A stretch of DNA of 64,000 nt, taken from sequence record NC_100331.1; one strand, written 5' to 3'. Position numbers and translations under genes: made by a program. The stretch comes from Escherichia phage vB_EcoS_HASG4. The notes beneath the pieces are model-generated. The model saw only the letters and a program-made list of their open reading frames with translations, was not told the DNA's origin and ran no database searches. This document shows, one piece after another, positions 50,740 to 60,852 of the stretch (the stretch's first letter is position 1; each line of letters begins with the position of its first letter).

Positions 50740-52500
50740 TTAGGTAAGGCGTTGAACTGTTACTCGTAGTCTCGGTAAGAAAACTGCTGAACCTAAACTA
50801 ACGTGTAGTATAACACCTAATTCTGCATTACCATTACCAAGATTTTTTATTGTATATATAAAACTGTTTCTACTAAAAGCTCCGCTATCTGGGGTATATT
50901 TATAAGCAGAGGTAGTATGGAAAGGTACTAACTTTCCGGGAGGAAGAACTAAAATTTGATGAAATATAGCATCTCCTCCTGTATAACTTTGTGATTTTCT
51001 TCCTTGCACCTGAAAAACACTACCATTCCACGTATTTACTGGTAACCCAGCAACATTAAGGTTACCCGATAATATTTCACTAGTTAATATAACAGTAGAG
51101 TTATTATTTGGCAGACCTAATCCAACTGTTGCTAGGGGTTTATAAACATTACCCGTGCCTGGGTATGTCGGAGTAATATCGTTACCAATATAGGCGCTAG
51201 CCACATTACCAGATAATAGGCGTAAAGGTACTGATGAAGGTCCCCAGACAACACCATTCTCATTACCAATAGTATTATTATTAGAGTTTACATACCAAGT
51301 TTTACTAGCAGAGAACTTATAAATACTAAGTTGTGCTCTTGTACCACTATAGTTGACGGGTGCCCAGATAGATCCTTTATTGGAACATACAAATTCACAT
51401 CTTCCAGTAGTATCCCCAAACACCCCACCATGAGCAGCGTTTACTCCAATATACTCCATATCAGCACGAGAAGTTAGATTTCCTAAAGCATTCTGGTTAA
51501 TAAACTTCCAACCAGTAGTAGATAACTTAACCCCCTTAATAGTAAAGTTGGACGGAGAAATTATTATATCAGAACCCGTGAAAGGGTTACTAGAAACAGA
51601 CATACCACCGTTAGAATACCTTAGGTTCAGTACATACCATATAACTTTTGTAGGTGTTACTCCGTAGCCATCTTGAACTATTTTTGTATTAGCTGATTGA
51701 CTTACTAACTTAGTAGTAGAGCCTCTACAAACATATCTATACCCCCCATCACTAAAGTGCTGTACTATATTGCTAGGAATTGTTTGTTTGTATCCAGCAT
51801 ATCCCCTAATGTTAGAATTACATACATAAAACCAGTTATGGCCACGTTTACCAGCCCCCATTGGAGCCATCCAGTTAGGATCCCAATAGTACGTATCACC
51901 TGAAGATATAGGAACAGAAGTACTTCCTATAGGATACCCTAGTTGTTTGAAGGTTTCAGCTACAGTAGCACCTACAGGTGCACCACCCCCTGGTCTTACA
52001 ACACCATGGTAAGTACTATGTAGTACAGTACCACCTGTACCACTCCTAGCTATAGATTCTTCATGCCCTAGGGAACTATTATAGGAATAAGTACCTGAAG
52101 CTAGACTATTACCAAAAGCAAATCCAGCAGTTTGACTTAAACTAGCAAATGATCTAAAAGGGTCGGCCTGGGTGGAGGAAAGAAATTGCCCAACTTGAGA
52201 TTGAGTACCATTCAAAAAACCACGATGAGTACCATTAACTTCTATAGCTGTTAGTATAACCCTACCAGGATCATTGCTCTTTAGGTTAGCTATTACAGAA
52301 GGCATTTGGCATACAAAGAACCCATTACCCGCATTACTTAATGCACTCTCATAAGTGCTTTCTACTAATACGAAGGGCATATCAGAATGAAAAATAGTAT
52401 TAGTACTAGGGTTTTTATGAGCATTAATATCTCCACCACTAGCAGTATTTAGTGATAATACAGTTTTACCATCACTATATTTTCCAGCGAAAAAACCCAT
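50740..52500 (-). CDS. receptor-binding tail protein (pb5-like)
   Basis: 586-aa ORF divergent from the llp-like lipoprotein gene, the T5-type RBP/Llp arrangement as I recall it. Confidence 0.5.
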   Translation of the reverse strand: MGFFAGKYSDGKTVLSLNTASGGDINAHKNPSTNTIFHSDMPFVLVESTYESALSNAGNGFFVCQMPSVIANLKSNDPGRVILTAIEVNGTHRGFLNGTQSQVGQFLSSTQADPFRSFASLSQTAGFAFGNSLASGTYSYNSSLGHEESIARSGTGGTVLHSTYHGVVRPGGGAPVGATVAETFKQLGYPIGSTSVPISSGDTYYWDPNWMAPMGAGKRGHNWFYVCNSNIRGYAGYKQTIPSNIVQHFSDGGYRYVCRGSTTKLVSQSANTKIVQDGYGVTPTKVIWYVLNLRYSNGGMSVSSNPFTGSDIIISPSNFTIKGVKLSTTGWKFINQNALGNLTSRADMEYIGVNAAHGGVFGDTTGRCEFVCSNKGSIWAPVNYSGTRAQLSIYKFSASKTWYVNSNNNTIGNENGVVWGPSSVPLRLLSGNVASAYIGNDITPTYPGTGNVYKPLATVGLGLPNNNSTVILTSEILSGNLNVAGLPVNTWNGSVFQVQGRKSQSYTGGDAIFHQILVLPPGKLVPFHTTSAYKYTPDSGAFSRNSFIYTIKNLGNGNAELGVILHVSLGSAVFLPRLRVTVQRLT

Positions 52501-52525
52501 ATAATCTCCTATTATAAAAATGTAT

Positions 52526-52585
52526 TTGCTTTTATCTCTCTATTTTGCTATAATAGACTCATAAATTAGAAATGGAGAGATAAAT
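52526..52585 (+). promoter_or_regulatory. strong promoter for the lipoprotein gene (T5-like family)
   Basis: TTGCTT-N17-TGcTATAAT (52549-52554), then AGACTCATAAATTAGAAATGGAGAG. Confidence 0.5.
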
Positions 52586-52852
52586 ATGAAAAAGTTTGTG
52601 ATTGCACTAGTTGCCGCAGTTATGTTATCTGGTTGTGCACCAGCCCCCAAACCATTTTGTACGGGGTTTGTAAAATCTTTTGGTGGTGCGGGAGAGGAAC
52701 ATTACGGCCTCAAGGTTCAAAAAGTTCGTATTAAGGGAGATCGCTTTCCAGTAGTACAGCTCCGTACTAAATTTGGGTGGTGGGATCTCAGTCAGTTTGA
52801 TCTTAAATATGGTGATTGTAAATTTAAACTAGAGCAATCTAATTACCTGTAA
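52586..52852 (+). CDS. llp: lipoprotein, Llp-like (receptor-blocking superinfection exclusion)
   Basis: Signal peptide plus lipobox MKKFVIALVAAVMLSGC; small size; adjacent and divergent to the RBP gene. Confidence 0.6.
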   Translation: MKKFVIALVAAVMLSGCAPAPKPFCTGFVKSFGGAGEEHYGLKVQKVRIKGDRFPVVQLRTKFGWWDLSQFDLKYGDCKFKLEQSNYL

Positions 52853-53028
52853 TTAGTATAAAGCAAAAAGACATCCAAGTAAACTAAATTTTTTATTTCT
52901 TGGATGGTGTACTGGCAGAAACCACTATATGAGAAAAGTTGAAGTCCTTCTAGGAGTTCACAGGCACGGTTGGTTGTGCACAAATTACAGAATATTTCAA
53001 ATACCACATTTATAGGAGCATGAAAGAT

Positions 53029-53157
53029 ATGTCAAACAAAAGAAAGAGCAGACGTGGAGAAGTGTATGAGAGTTGGATAAATAGTTTTGGGTTCGGAACT
53101 ATCCTATTCTTTATTTTCGTAGGCTTTTGGTTAGCAGCTATGGCGGGGTGGATTTAA
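53029..53157 (+). CDS. small membrane protein 1 (42 aa)
   Basis: TAGGAG SD 10 nt upstream; basic N-terminus then one hydrophobic helix; stop overlaps next start (TAATG). Confidence 0.35.
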   Translation: MSNKRKSRRGEVYESWINSFGFGTILFFIFVGFWLAAMAGWI

Positions 53158-53264
53158 TGGAATGGGTAATTATTGCACTACTAGGGATTGTGATTATTGG
53201 GCAATGTATTTTAGATAATCACTTAGCTAGAATTGAGACCTTATTATTGGAGAAACGTAAATGA
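53157..53264 (+). CDS. small membrane protein 2 (35 aa)
   Basis: One hydrophobic helix (MEWVIIALLGIVIIG); overlapping stop/start with both neighbours. Confidence 0.3.
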   Translation: MEWVIIALLGIVIIGQCILDNHLARIETLLLEKRK

Positions 53265-53455
53265 TGGAAGTGGCAGCTACACTAATAGTAATACTAGTCT
53301 GGGCAATTTTCATTGTTTCTTATACCGCGTATGTTCGCCTAAAAACTCTAGAGGCCCAGGTAAAGCAGCAACAATTTGCTATAGAAAAATTAGTAGAACT
53401 GCAACGTTGTGATAGTACCCGTATTCTGCAAATTGAGAGGGAATTAGATGTTTAG
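53261..53455 (+). CDS. small membrane protein 3 (64 aa)
   Basis: N-terminal TM helix then coiled-coil-like tail; overlaps neighbours. Confidence 0.35.
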   Translation: MMEVAATLIVILVWAIFIVSYTAYVRLKTLEAQVKQQQFAIEKLVELQRCDSTRILQIERELDV

Positions 53456-53693
53456 TATTATAATTGCTTTTATTATCGGGATACTCGCGGGAGTTTTCGG
53501 AATGACTGCGGCAATCAATAAGCATCGTAAATATATTGCGGAAGTATCGCGGGAGATTGCGGAAAGGGAGCGGAAGTTTGACGAGAAACGTGCGGAGTTT
53601 GAGCGGGAGTGGTCGGATGGTTCTCGGGCGTCGCGGAAGAGGTTTCGTGAGTTCAGACCAGAACACAGGTTTGATGACCCTTCTATGCGCTAA
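53448..53693 (+). CDS. small membrane protein 4 (81 aa)
   Basis: N-terminal TM helix then highly charged Arg/Glu-rich tail (REIAERERKFDEKRAEFEREW). Confidence 0.35.
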   Translation: MFSIIIAFIIGILAGVFGMTAAINKHRKYIAEVSREIAERERKFDEKRAEFEREWSDGSRASRKRFREFRPEHRFDDPSMR

Positions 53694-53858
53694 TTGGGAA
53701 ATCTCGAAATTTCATAAGATTACACATGGAGGTGTGCTCACTGCCTCCGGCGGAAATACTTAGTCTGCTAACCGCCACCCTCCGTTACTATTACCATGCT
53801 AACTGTTTCACCCTGCAACCATTTTAATTGCAAGGTGAAACAATTTCAACTTTAATTG

Positions 53859-54593
53859 TTAGGCAACTTTTAATTTCTCAATATATTGTTGCGGGCTGCA
53901 ACTATATTCTGCGCGTTCTTCCTCGGTCATACTTTCCCAACATAATTGCAGGCGGTCGGCTAGAAATTGATAATCATTATCATCCTCAAGAGATTCATCA
54001 ATAAAGGTTTCACCTATCAATGTAACCCCAATCGATAGAATATCGTTAATAGCTTGCGCGTCCAGCGTTTTAAATCCGTATGATGCCGCCGCTGATAGTA
54101 CGCCTTTATGATCATCAATCATCGTAAAATCAGCGTTAGGATATAACTGTTTAAATAGCTCAAAATAATGGCTTTTATAAATAGCGTCTTTACTGTGGTA
54201 TATTTCGCTAACTTTATCAGCTTCAAAATATTTGTGTAGTGTATCGCGGGAAAACACGCGGATATTGCTTTTATCACGACCGCGCAAGCCTTGTTTGCGC
54301 AAGAAATAATAATCCGACTTGCTCATCAATCGAGCGGTGCAAATAATGTTTAACGTGTTAACGTCATTCATGCACTGGCGCATATATGTAACAAGCGGCA
54401 ATAGTGTATCTTGCATTATTAAATCATGTTTGCAGGCTTCATTTTTATACTTATTTAAATCTAAATTGCCCTCACTATCAAAGCAAGGCGCTACACGATG
54501 GAAAGAGTTAATGATAGTGCCATCCAGATCCCAAATCATGACGCGGGAAATATGTGGGAAGCTGCGGGAAATATTCATAATAGCTTTATTCAT
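53859..54593 (-). CDS. dmp: HAD-family 5'-deoxyribonucleotidase (dmp-like)
   Basis: N-terminal MIWDLDGTIINS carries HAD motif I DxDGT; 244 aa, the size I recall for T5 Dmp. Confidence 0.6.
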   Translation of the reverse strand: MNKAIMNISRSFPHISRVMIWDLDGTIINSFHRVAPCFDSEGNLDLNKYKNEACKHDLIMQDTLLPLVTYMRQCMNDVNTLNIICTARLMSKSDYYFLRKQGLRGRDKSNIRVFSRDTLHKYFEADKVSEIYHSKDAIYKSHYFELFKQLYPNADFTMIDDHKGVLSAAASYGFKTLDAQAINDILSIGVTLIGETFIDESLEDDNDYQFLADRLQLCWESMTEEERAEYSCSPQQYIEKLKVA

Positions 54594-54672
54594 TTGTTAC
54601 GTTCTCCATTAAAGGGATTAGATTAATTCAGCATTACCCGCTATTTATAAGCGGGTAATAATAAATTAACTA

Positions 54673-55068
54673 TTAAAGACCATAAGCCAACGCATCAGCG
54701 ATAAAACTAACATCCTCACCGGATACGCTGGAACGAATCCCGGCACAAGTATATACCTTTGCGCTGATCAATTGATCATCGAGGCAAGCGGGGCAAGGCG
54801 CAACCACTGCGAAAGCTAAACCGGATTTTACCGCGTCAATAATAATTGTTTCCTGCTTCATCGTGTCAACATAAACACCTTTTGCTTTAATATGGCTGGT
54901 TAGTTTACCTTGCATATATGCAAACGTTGTAACTTGCATTGCATCATTGAAATCTAACAATTCATCAATAACGTGCCCCGCCTCGACGTGGTAACGTTCA
55001 CCATTAGAATAAACCAGAACAATGGAAGACTGAGCGCGGTCAAATGGAATGCGATTAGATTTAGCCAT
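54673..55068 (-). CDS. hypothetical protein
   Basis: Intact ORF with the conserved leader upstream; contains HVE and PCPAC but with non-canonical spacing. Confidence 0.4.
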   Translation of the reverse strand: MAKSNRIPFDRAQSSIVLVYSNGERYHVEAGHVIDELLDFNDAMQVTTFAYMQGKLTSHIKAKGVYVDTMKQETIIIDAVKSGLAFAVVAPCPACLDDQLISAKVYTCAGIRSSVSGEDVSFIADALAYGL

Positions 55069-55105
55069 GTTTATAACTCCAGTTAGTTTAATAAGGGGGT
55101 TTAAT

Positions 55106-55363
55106 TTACTTGATAATAATCTGCATTTGATATGGCGTTAATTCACCATTTACGGGTAAATTATTATCACTCAACCACTCATAAAAAGCGTCATCATCGT
55201 CAAAGGGAACAATATCATTATCACGATAATCGACCGTAATAATCCCATCTGTATTAGTTTTGGCGGCTAGGATAGGTCCGAAGCTGTAAACTTTATCGGA
55301 TTCCATTTCATCCGGTGAAATAAATGCTTTTTCGTCCAGCGTTTTGGGTAATGTAACTTTCAT
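55106..55363 (-). CDS. hypothetical acidic protein
   Basis: 85-aa ORF, Asp-rich. Confidence 0.35.
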   Translation of the reverse strand: MKVTLPKTLDEKAFISPDEMESDKVYSFGPILAAKTNTDGIITVDYRDNDIVPFDDDDAFYEWLSDNNLPVNGELTPYQMQIIIK

Positions 55364-55420
55364 TCTAATTTAGCTCCTGTAATAGCGGCTATATTTCAAG
55401 CCGCTAGGGGAATAATTTAA

Positions 55421-57085
55421 TTACGCGAAAAATTTACCATTCTTAAAGTCAATCAAGGTGCGCTGACCGTTTGCATAGGTAATAACATGCGTTTGTGTCC
55501 AGCTTGACGCGCCAACGTTATAACCCATGTCCAGACTACCAGACACGCCAGCGGTGTATACGCCGCCGTAAATACTGGCGGTATGAGTGTGCCCCGTGTT
55601 TAATTTGCCCAATTTCTTAAACTGTTTCGGATTGCCACGGCTGCCGTTTATGCCGTTGTGACCGTGTACGCCGCATTCAATGCCTGCAATCTTGAAAGAT
55701 TGATCAGTGGTCAGAAAAATAGCGTTAAACTCACAACCTGCAACCTTACGCAGCGCATAATCTAGCACGTTGAAAGTATCGTCTTTTTCTGCAATAGCTC
55801 CATAAATCGCAGCATTAAGGCGGTGATATAGTTCCGCGTTTGCTGGGTCGTCTTTAATGTTAGCATTACGATCATCCAGCCAACGGGATAGCGCCAAATC
55901 GTGGTTTGATTCAACAATGATCGTTTGAGCAAAATCGCGCTCCATCGATTCCAGCACGCGCCCGGTATCGATAAGATCATCCAGAACTTTATCACGTCCG
56001 GCGGCGTATTGTTTCGCTAGGAATACACCGGAGGCACGATTATGATGATTGCGTGATGTAAAATCATGCACGTCATGGACGAATTGATATTTTGGCTTGA
56101 GAATATCAAGCAAGCTATTTTCCCCAGCCCATGATGCAACGGCGCAAGCGTCATCCAATTTTTCGGCGTGGACGTCGCCATATTGTAAACCTAAAACGTG
56201 CCCCGATGTTTCATAGCATCCGGCGGGAGTAGCGCAAACATTCAGATCATAAAATACGCCGCTTTCATCCATCGTTTCAAGCTGGCGAACAAAAAATTCT
56301 CCGTCTTCGTCGAACTCGACAATAAGCGCACCGAAGTTATGCAGCGCCTCGGCCTTTTGTCCTGCTTTCTGCTGGATGTAGTTTTTTAACGTTGCCGTTC
56401 CGGTTGAATACATACGGCGCACAATTTCACCTTTTAAAGCTGGCACGCTTTCAGCGGTAATTTTAGCCGCTCCGATTGCCAGACCTTCGAGATTAAGCGC
56501 GGTTGCAGTTTCAGCGAATCCAGAAAGCGGATAATCTGCGGTGGGCAAAACATTAATTTCAGCCATGAAAGCAAAACGGCGATTGTTTAAAAATACGTTT
56601 TTGCTGCAAATATATTTATCAAACGCAGAATCATATTTGATTCCGTCTGCCCCTTCCCCATTTTGAAAACCGTTTTTATTATAAATATACTTAGAAACAA
56701 GCAAATCAGCGCCAATAAATTGGGCATATTGTTCAAGCGAGGCTAAAAAGTTTTTATGCGGGAAAGTATTATTCTGAATCGATGTAATAATAAAGCGTTT
56801 GCCTTGTTTTACTTCCCATTGCTCCACCGTGCTAGAAATAACTCCAGCGGCTTCAGGGCGGTCATCGTTTTTTATGGCTTTTGCTGTTTTTGCCGCTTTT
56901 GGTTTCGCTGGTTTATTTGCTTCCAACCAGTCGCAGATAGCGGTCGAGTGTTTTGTAGTATCGTATACCGCTTTTGATATATCGTCGCAGACTTCCAGTT
57001 TAGTAGCGCGCAGACGTTTACCATAGAAATTAAAGTCAGCGGCAAGGTTGAGAATCTGGGCTTGTTTTTCTGCGGAAATAATCAT
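55421..57085 (-). CDS. A1: A1-like pre-early protein, calcineurin-like metallophosphoesterase
   Basis: Phosphoesterase-type motifs GDVH, SNHD, GHTHT; 554 aa, close to what I recall for T5 A1; conserved leader upstream. Confidence 0.6.
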   Translation of the reverse strand: MIISAEKQAQILNLAADFNFYGKRLRATKLEVCDDISKAVYDTTKHSTAICDWLEANKPAKPKAAKTAKAIKNDDRPEAAGVISSTVEQWEVKQGKRFIITSIQNNTFPHKNFLASLEQYAQFIGADLLVSKYIYNKNGFQNGEGADGIKYDSAFDKYICSKNVFLNNRRFAFMAEINVLPTADYPLSGFAETATALNLEGLAIGAAKITAESVPALKGEIVRRMYSTGTATLKNYIQQKAGQKAEALHNFGALIVEFDEDGEFFVRQLETMDESGVFYDLNVCATPAGCYETSGHVLGLQYGDVHAEKLDDACAVASWAGENSLLDILKPKYQFVHDVHDFTSRNHHNRASGVFLAKQYAAGRDKVLDDLIDTGRVLESMERDFAQTIIVESNHDLALSRWLDDRNANIKDDPANAELYHRLNAAIYGAIAEKDDTFNVLDYALRKVAGCEFNAIFLTTDQSFKIAGIECGVHGHNGINGSRGNPKQFKKLGKLNTGHTHTASIYGGVYTAGVSGSLDMGYNVGASSWTQTHVITYANGQRTLIDFKNGKFFA

Positions 57086-57183
57086 GGTAATAAAACTCCA
57101 TTAAAGGGATTAAAAAACGTTTGTTATTGGCAAATATTGCCAAATATAACGCCTATTATTTGAGGCGTTATAATTTGCAATAT

Positions 57184-57399
57184 TTAACTAATCGGCATCA
57201 GGCTAGAACTAACACCACAAGCAACGGCGGCAATAAAACAAATAAGACCTAAACGCTTTGCTAACTTAGATTTACGTTTAAAATAATATGAATCCAGATC
57301 ATTTTGGAAATAAGCAAACAATAACGAGGCCGCTACAATAAATAATCCTAGAATGAGGGATTCAGTAGGGTAAAAGATCATTTTAATAACTCCAGTCAA
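57184..57399 (-). CDS. small membrane protein (two hydrophobic segments)
   Basis: 71-aa ORF between the A2-like and A1-like genes. Confidence 0.35.
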   Translation of the reverse strand: MTGVIKMIFYPTESLILGLFIVAASLLFAYFQNDLDSYYFKRKSKLAKRLGLICFIAAVACGVSSSLMPIS

Positions 57400-57437
57400 A
57401 GGAAATTATAGTGGGGAGTATTCCCCACTAATTAAAT

Positions 57438-57845
57438 TTATTCACCTGCGGCCTGTTTTACTTCATCGGCAACGCCCAATAGTTGCGCCACGGCGTCCAA
57501 CGTTTCTAATTTTGCGCTTTCCAGTGATGCCAGATCGTCAACGTCTTTGATAATACCGGAATCGATGGCATGTTTTGCAATAACGCGCACATAATGCGCT
57601 TTGCGGATAGAACTGCCGCCGCCAACCTTGCGAGGTTTATCGCTTTTCTGATACGCTTTCGCGCTGGTCAATTTTGAGCGAACGGACACGGGAGAAGCCG
57701 CACCTACTGCTTTCGCGATCTCTTTCAAGCCGTCGCTATTTGCGAAATCTAAACCGTTTTCATTGATTAGCTGCTGATACATGGTAACAGCCTGCTGGGT
57801 GTTTTCTTCATTCCAAGAAAATTTTACGGTTTTAACGTTAGTCAT
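57438..57845 (-). CDS. A2: A2-like pre-early protein
   Basis: 135-aa ORF immediately upstream of the A1-like gene; size and position match T5 A2 as I recall it. Confidence 0.45.
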   Translation of the reverse strand: MTNVKTVKFSWNEENTQQAVTMYQQLINENGLDFANSDGLKEIAKAVGAASPVSVRSKLTSAKAYQKSDKPRKVGGGSSIRKAHYVRVIAKHAIDSGIIKDVDDLASLESAKLETLDAVAQLLGVADEVKQAAGE

Positions 57846-57943
57846 GGTAAAAACTCCTATTAGTTTAATTTAAGGGATAAGATTAACATAATGTTAATCG
57901 TTATATACCCCGAACTACTGGGGTATATAAAGTTAACACTAAA

Positions 57944-58195
57944 TTACAAAACAGCTTCCCATTTTTCGTTGCGTTGAACAACCTTTACAACATCGCCGGA
58001 TTTAACGCGAACGCTAAAAACGGTTTTGCCGTTGTTACTGCGTTCCGTTTCAGCGTATACCGCGTCGATTGTATCGAACGGCATAAGCGCCGCACCTTTA
58101 ATGCGTTCGGCCTTTCCGGTTAACTCATCCGTTTTAGTAACGAAAGGAATAAAAACGGATTGACCAATTTTTGGCGCGGTAATAACGTTTTGCAT
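57944..58195 (-). CDS. hypothetical protein
   Basis: 83-aa ORF with the conserved leader and AGGAG SD. Confidence 0.4.
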   Translation of the reverse strand: MQNVITAPKIGQSVFIPFVTKTDELTGKAERIKGAALMPFDTIDAVYAETERSNNGKTVFSVRVKSGDVVKVVQRNEKWEAVL

Positions 58196-58422
58196 AGTAT
58201 AAACTCCTAGTTATTTGGGGATTATTCCGCATTACCTGCTAGAAGGTAGCAGGTAATAAGTAACAATCCGCTCGCCAGTTTAACCAATTTAAAGAACTCC
58301 ACGTAGGCCGCTATATCCCAGTTAGGGGGCGGGATGCATTATGGTAAGCACCGACCGTCAAATTTTATCAAGTTATCGCTCTTATCGAACTGAGTACATC
58401 TTAAAACCTATCGGCTAGGTTG

Positions 58423-58626
58423 TCAAACGGTTTTTTGCAATTTTTTATGATTTTCTTTCAAGTCAATCATAATATTTCGCCAGATCATTTCTAGACCTTG
58501 CTGGCGACCTCTCTTGTACTGCGTGAATCGGTATTTTACCGATCTTTGCGCTACTGTCAACAAATTTTTTGTTTTGCTATCTAGTGCCTTAATAGGCTTG
58601 CCAGTGATCAATAAAGTTTGTTTCAT
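58423..58626 (-). CDS. hypothetical small basic protein (uncertain)
   Basis: 67-aa ORF inside the large intergenic region; weak SD. Confidence 0.2.
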   Translation of the reverse strand: MKQTLLITGKPIKALDSKTKNLLTVAQRSVKYRFTQYKRGRQQGLEMIWRNIMIDLKENHKKLQKTV

Positions 58627-59256
58627 ATCGTCGATTCCTTATAATAGATAAGTTTACCGCCGATAGGCTTTAAGATGTACCCAATTTTTAAAGAGCGTGG
58701 CGGTAAACTTCCCGCCGTGTAGTTCGTCATTGCCGCCCTACGTGATAAATAATAGGGGATTCCCGAAAATGGCGCAACCTTATTTTTGTAAAGAAACGTA
58801 AAGACAAAATTCACCGGACGGCGTGCGGTGACGGCCTAAAATTAAAAGAAACGGGCGCGCGAATACCACAAAACAAAGCAAATAGGCAAGTAATTTTTTC
58901 ATTTATATTTGCTTTCCCCTACTTGACAAAATCTAAAAAGCTCGTGGTAGCGATAAACGGCTTATCCCCTTATGATGGGATGGCTAAAAACTTTATTGCG
59001 TTCTAGGGCGTTTTAGGCGGCTCATTTTCGATTTAACAAATATCTAACAAAAGCAAAATTGAAAAATAGTTGAAAAAGGTCTTGACTTTTAAAAATCAAG
59101 GGGCATTGCATTAATTTATAAAATAAATTAATTGACTTTTATTTGTTGTTGTGTATTAGAAAGATAGCAAACTAATAATTACTAGAATGATAATCATGCT
59201 GGTGGATTGTAACGGCTTAAATTATTAGCAGACTACTAATCCCGGAAAATCTCATT

Positions 59257-59310
59257 AGCCAACTAACTGTTTCATAAGTTATAATATACATATAAATTAA
59301 TGAGAAATAA
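59257..59310 (+). promoter_or_regulatory. promoter-like element of the T5 family (weak -35)
   Basis: GTTATAAT with TATAAT at 59280-59285, then ATACATATAAATTAATGAGAAA. Confidence 0.35.
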
Positions 59311-59419
59311 TAATTATAAGAAAACGTAACCGATAGGAATAATAACTATAAAAATAATCACTACTATAATAATAACTATAAGAAACTATCGGCCTAAGTG
59401 AGAACCACTATCATTTAAG

Positions 59420-59440
59420 TTATCCACAAAGTTATCCACA
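59420..59440 (+). promoter_or_regulatory. two perfect DnaA boxes (TTATCCACA) in direct repeat
   Basis: TTATCCACA at 59420-59428 and 59432-59440, just downstream of an AT-rich repeat tract. Confidence 0.6.
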
Positions 59441-59794
59441 GCACTTTTTGACTTGACACGATATGCGGCGATACAAGGACTTTTGCTCAGACTTACCCAC
59501 AGGTTATCCTACTGTATAAATATACAAGGTAAAAAGATAGTGTTAACAACTGCAATCAATTTTAAGCGGCCTAAATCGCTTTCTAACGAGCAAAACGCTG
59601 TAGGGTAATATTAAAGTAAAGCCTCAACGTGTCGGCCTGGTGGCTTCGCCGTGTTTTGCTCTTTACTATACCGCTGCGCGGTTAGCATAAAAATAAGCGT
59701 TAGGCAAGGAAAATAAAAAGGTAAAATAATATTTGCCCCTAGAAAGAAAATACCTTTATCATTCACTCACCGATTAACGAGGGAGGCCGAACAA

Positions 59795-60787
59795 ATGAGG
59801 CTTTATAAACCAGATAACGCAACCGTCTTAAAAGGTGCATTGCGCAACCTGCTGGATGGTAGCAGAACAACCAGCATTAAACATTTTGTTTTCAATATTG
59901 AAACACTTCATCGTAATTTTCTTGATGATTACGATGCTTATAATATGAATAGTTTTCTACCGTTATATAATCAAGGGGCAACGCTTGTTTTATATAATCA
60001 GGAATCTCACTTGCTTACTAGTCGAGGGCCAGATACTGATTTTATTATAGTGAAAGGCAGTACAGTAAAAGCCTATGATGCGGGGGCGGGCTTAGAAGTT
60101 TTCACGATAGAAAATTATGAGCCTTATGATAAGGATCTTTATGACGTAGAAAATTTTCTCGATTCATTTTGGCGTTATTTATCAATTGGGTGGAATCGGT
60201 CGGATTATGACGGGTATCGTTTTGCGGCTGTAATGGCTTTTGATGATAACGGTAATTTTTTGTTACCGTCGGAATTATACCCGTATGTATATAATGATTT
60301 AATAGAGGAGGCTGGTTTTACTTTCTGGAAAGATGAAGATCAGCCTATTGACAATATAGAAAACCATGCTGTAAATTCTAACACTCAAAGCGTTAACACT
60401 CAAACTACTGAAAACAAAGGAAAAAATACCATGACCAAGATCGCTAATATCGTTGCCGCTAATAAATCCGCTGTTGTAAATGCTGCAAAACTGGAAGCGG
60501 GTAAAATTGCACTGACTCAAATCACGAAAGTAGCGGCTAAAAAAGCGCCGTTTATGATTAAAGGTTATATTGATACGCCGATTGGTCGTGTAGTGATCGC
60601 TAACCTATTGAGTGTAGCGGTTGACCAGTACGCCCCAACTAACCAAAAGGCAAAAGCGGTAGCAGGCGCGGCTATGGAAGCGGCAATGCTGGAAATGGTG
60701 CAAAGTTTTAACATCGCTGAAATGATTGATGAAATGGTAAAAGGTATCGATATTTCTACTTTTACCACTAACACCGAAAGCGAGTAA
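59795..60787 (+). CDS. hypothetical protein
   Basis: 330-aa ORF with GAGG SD; first gene of a rightward cluster. Confidence 0.45.
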   Translation: MRLYKPDNATVLKGALRNLLDGSRTTSIKHFVFNIETLHRNFLDDYDAYNMNSFLPLYNQGATLVLYNQESHLLTSRGPDTDFIIVKGSTVKAYDAGAGLEVFTIENYEPYDKDLYDVENFLDSFWRYLSIGWNRSDYDGYRFAAVMAFDDNGNFLLPSELYPYVYNDLIEEAGFTFWKDEDQPIDNIENHAVNSNTQSVNTQTTENKGKNTMTKIANIVAANKSAVVNAAKLEAGKIALTQITKVAAKKAPFMIKGYIDTPIGRVVIANLLSVAVDQYAPTNQKAKAVAGAAMEAAMLEMVQSFNIAEMIDEMVKGIDISTFTTNTESE

Positions 60788-60852
60788 TAATATTTAGCGG
60801 GGATTATTTCCCCGCTTTACTATTCCCTTGTTAACTAATAGGAGGCTAACTA

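Noticed and set aside
52861-52910. Intrinsic terminator after llp
   Set aside because: The stem CATCCAAG/CTTGGATG encloses a 19-nt loop and is not followed by a U-run on the + strand; too atypical to annotate.
54625-54656. Hairpin TTACCCGC...GCGGGTAA (and a similar one at 58236-58260) as terminators
   Set aside because: Neither is followed by a U-tract on the transcribed strand; they may be operators or RNA structures, but evidence is insufficient.
54673-55068. Possible cytidine/dCMP deaminase, from HVE and PCPAC motifs
   Set aside because: The spacing between HxE and PCxxC is about 62 residues, far longer than the 25-35 of canonical deaminases; the resemblance is probably coincidental, so it is left as hypothetical.
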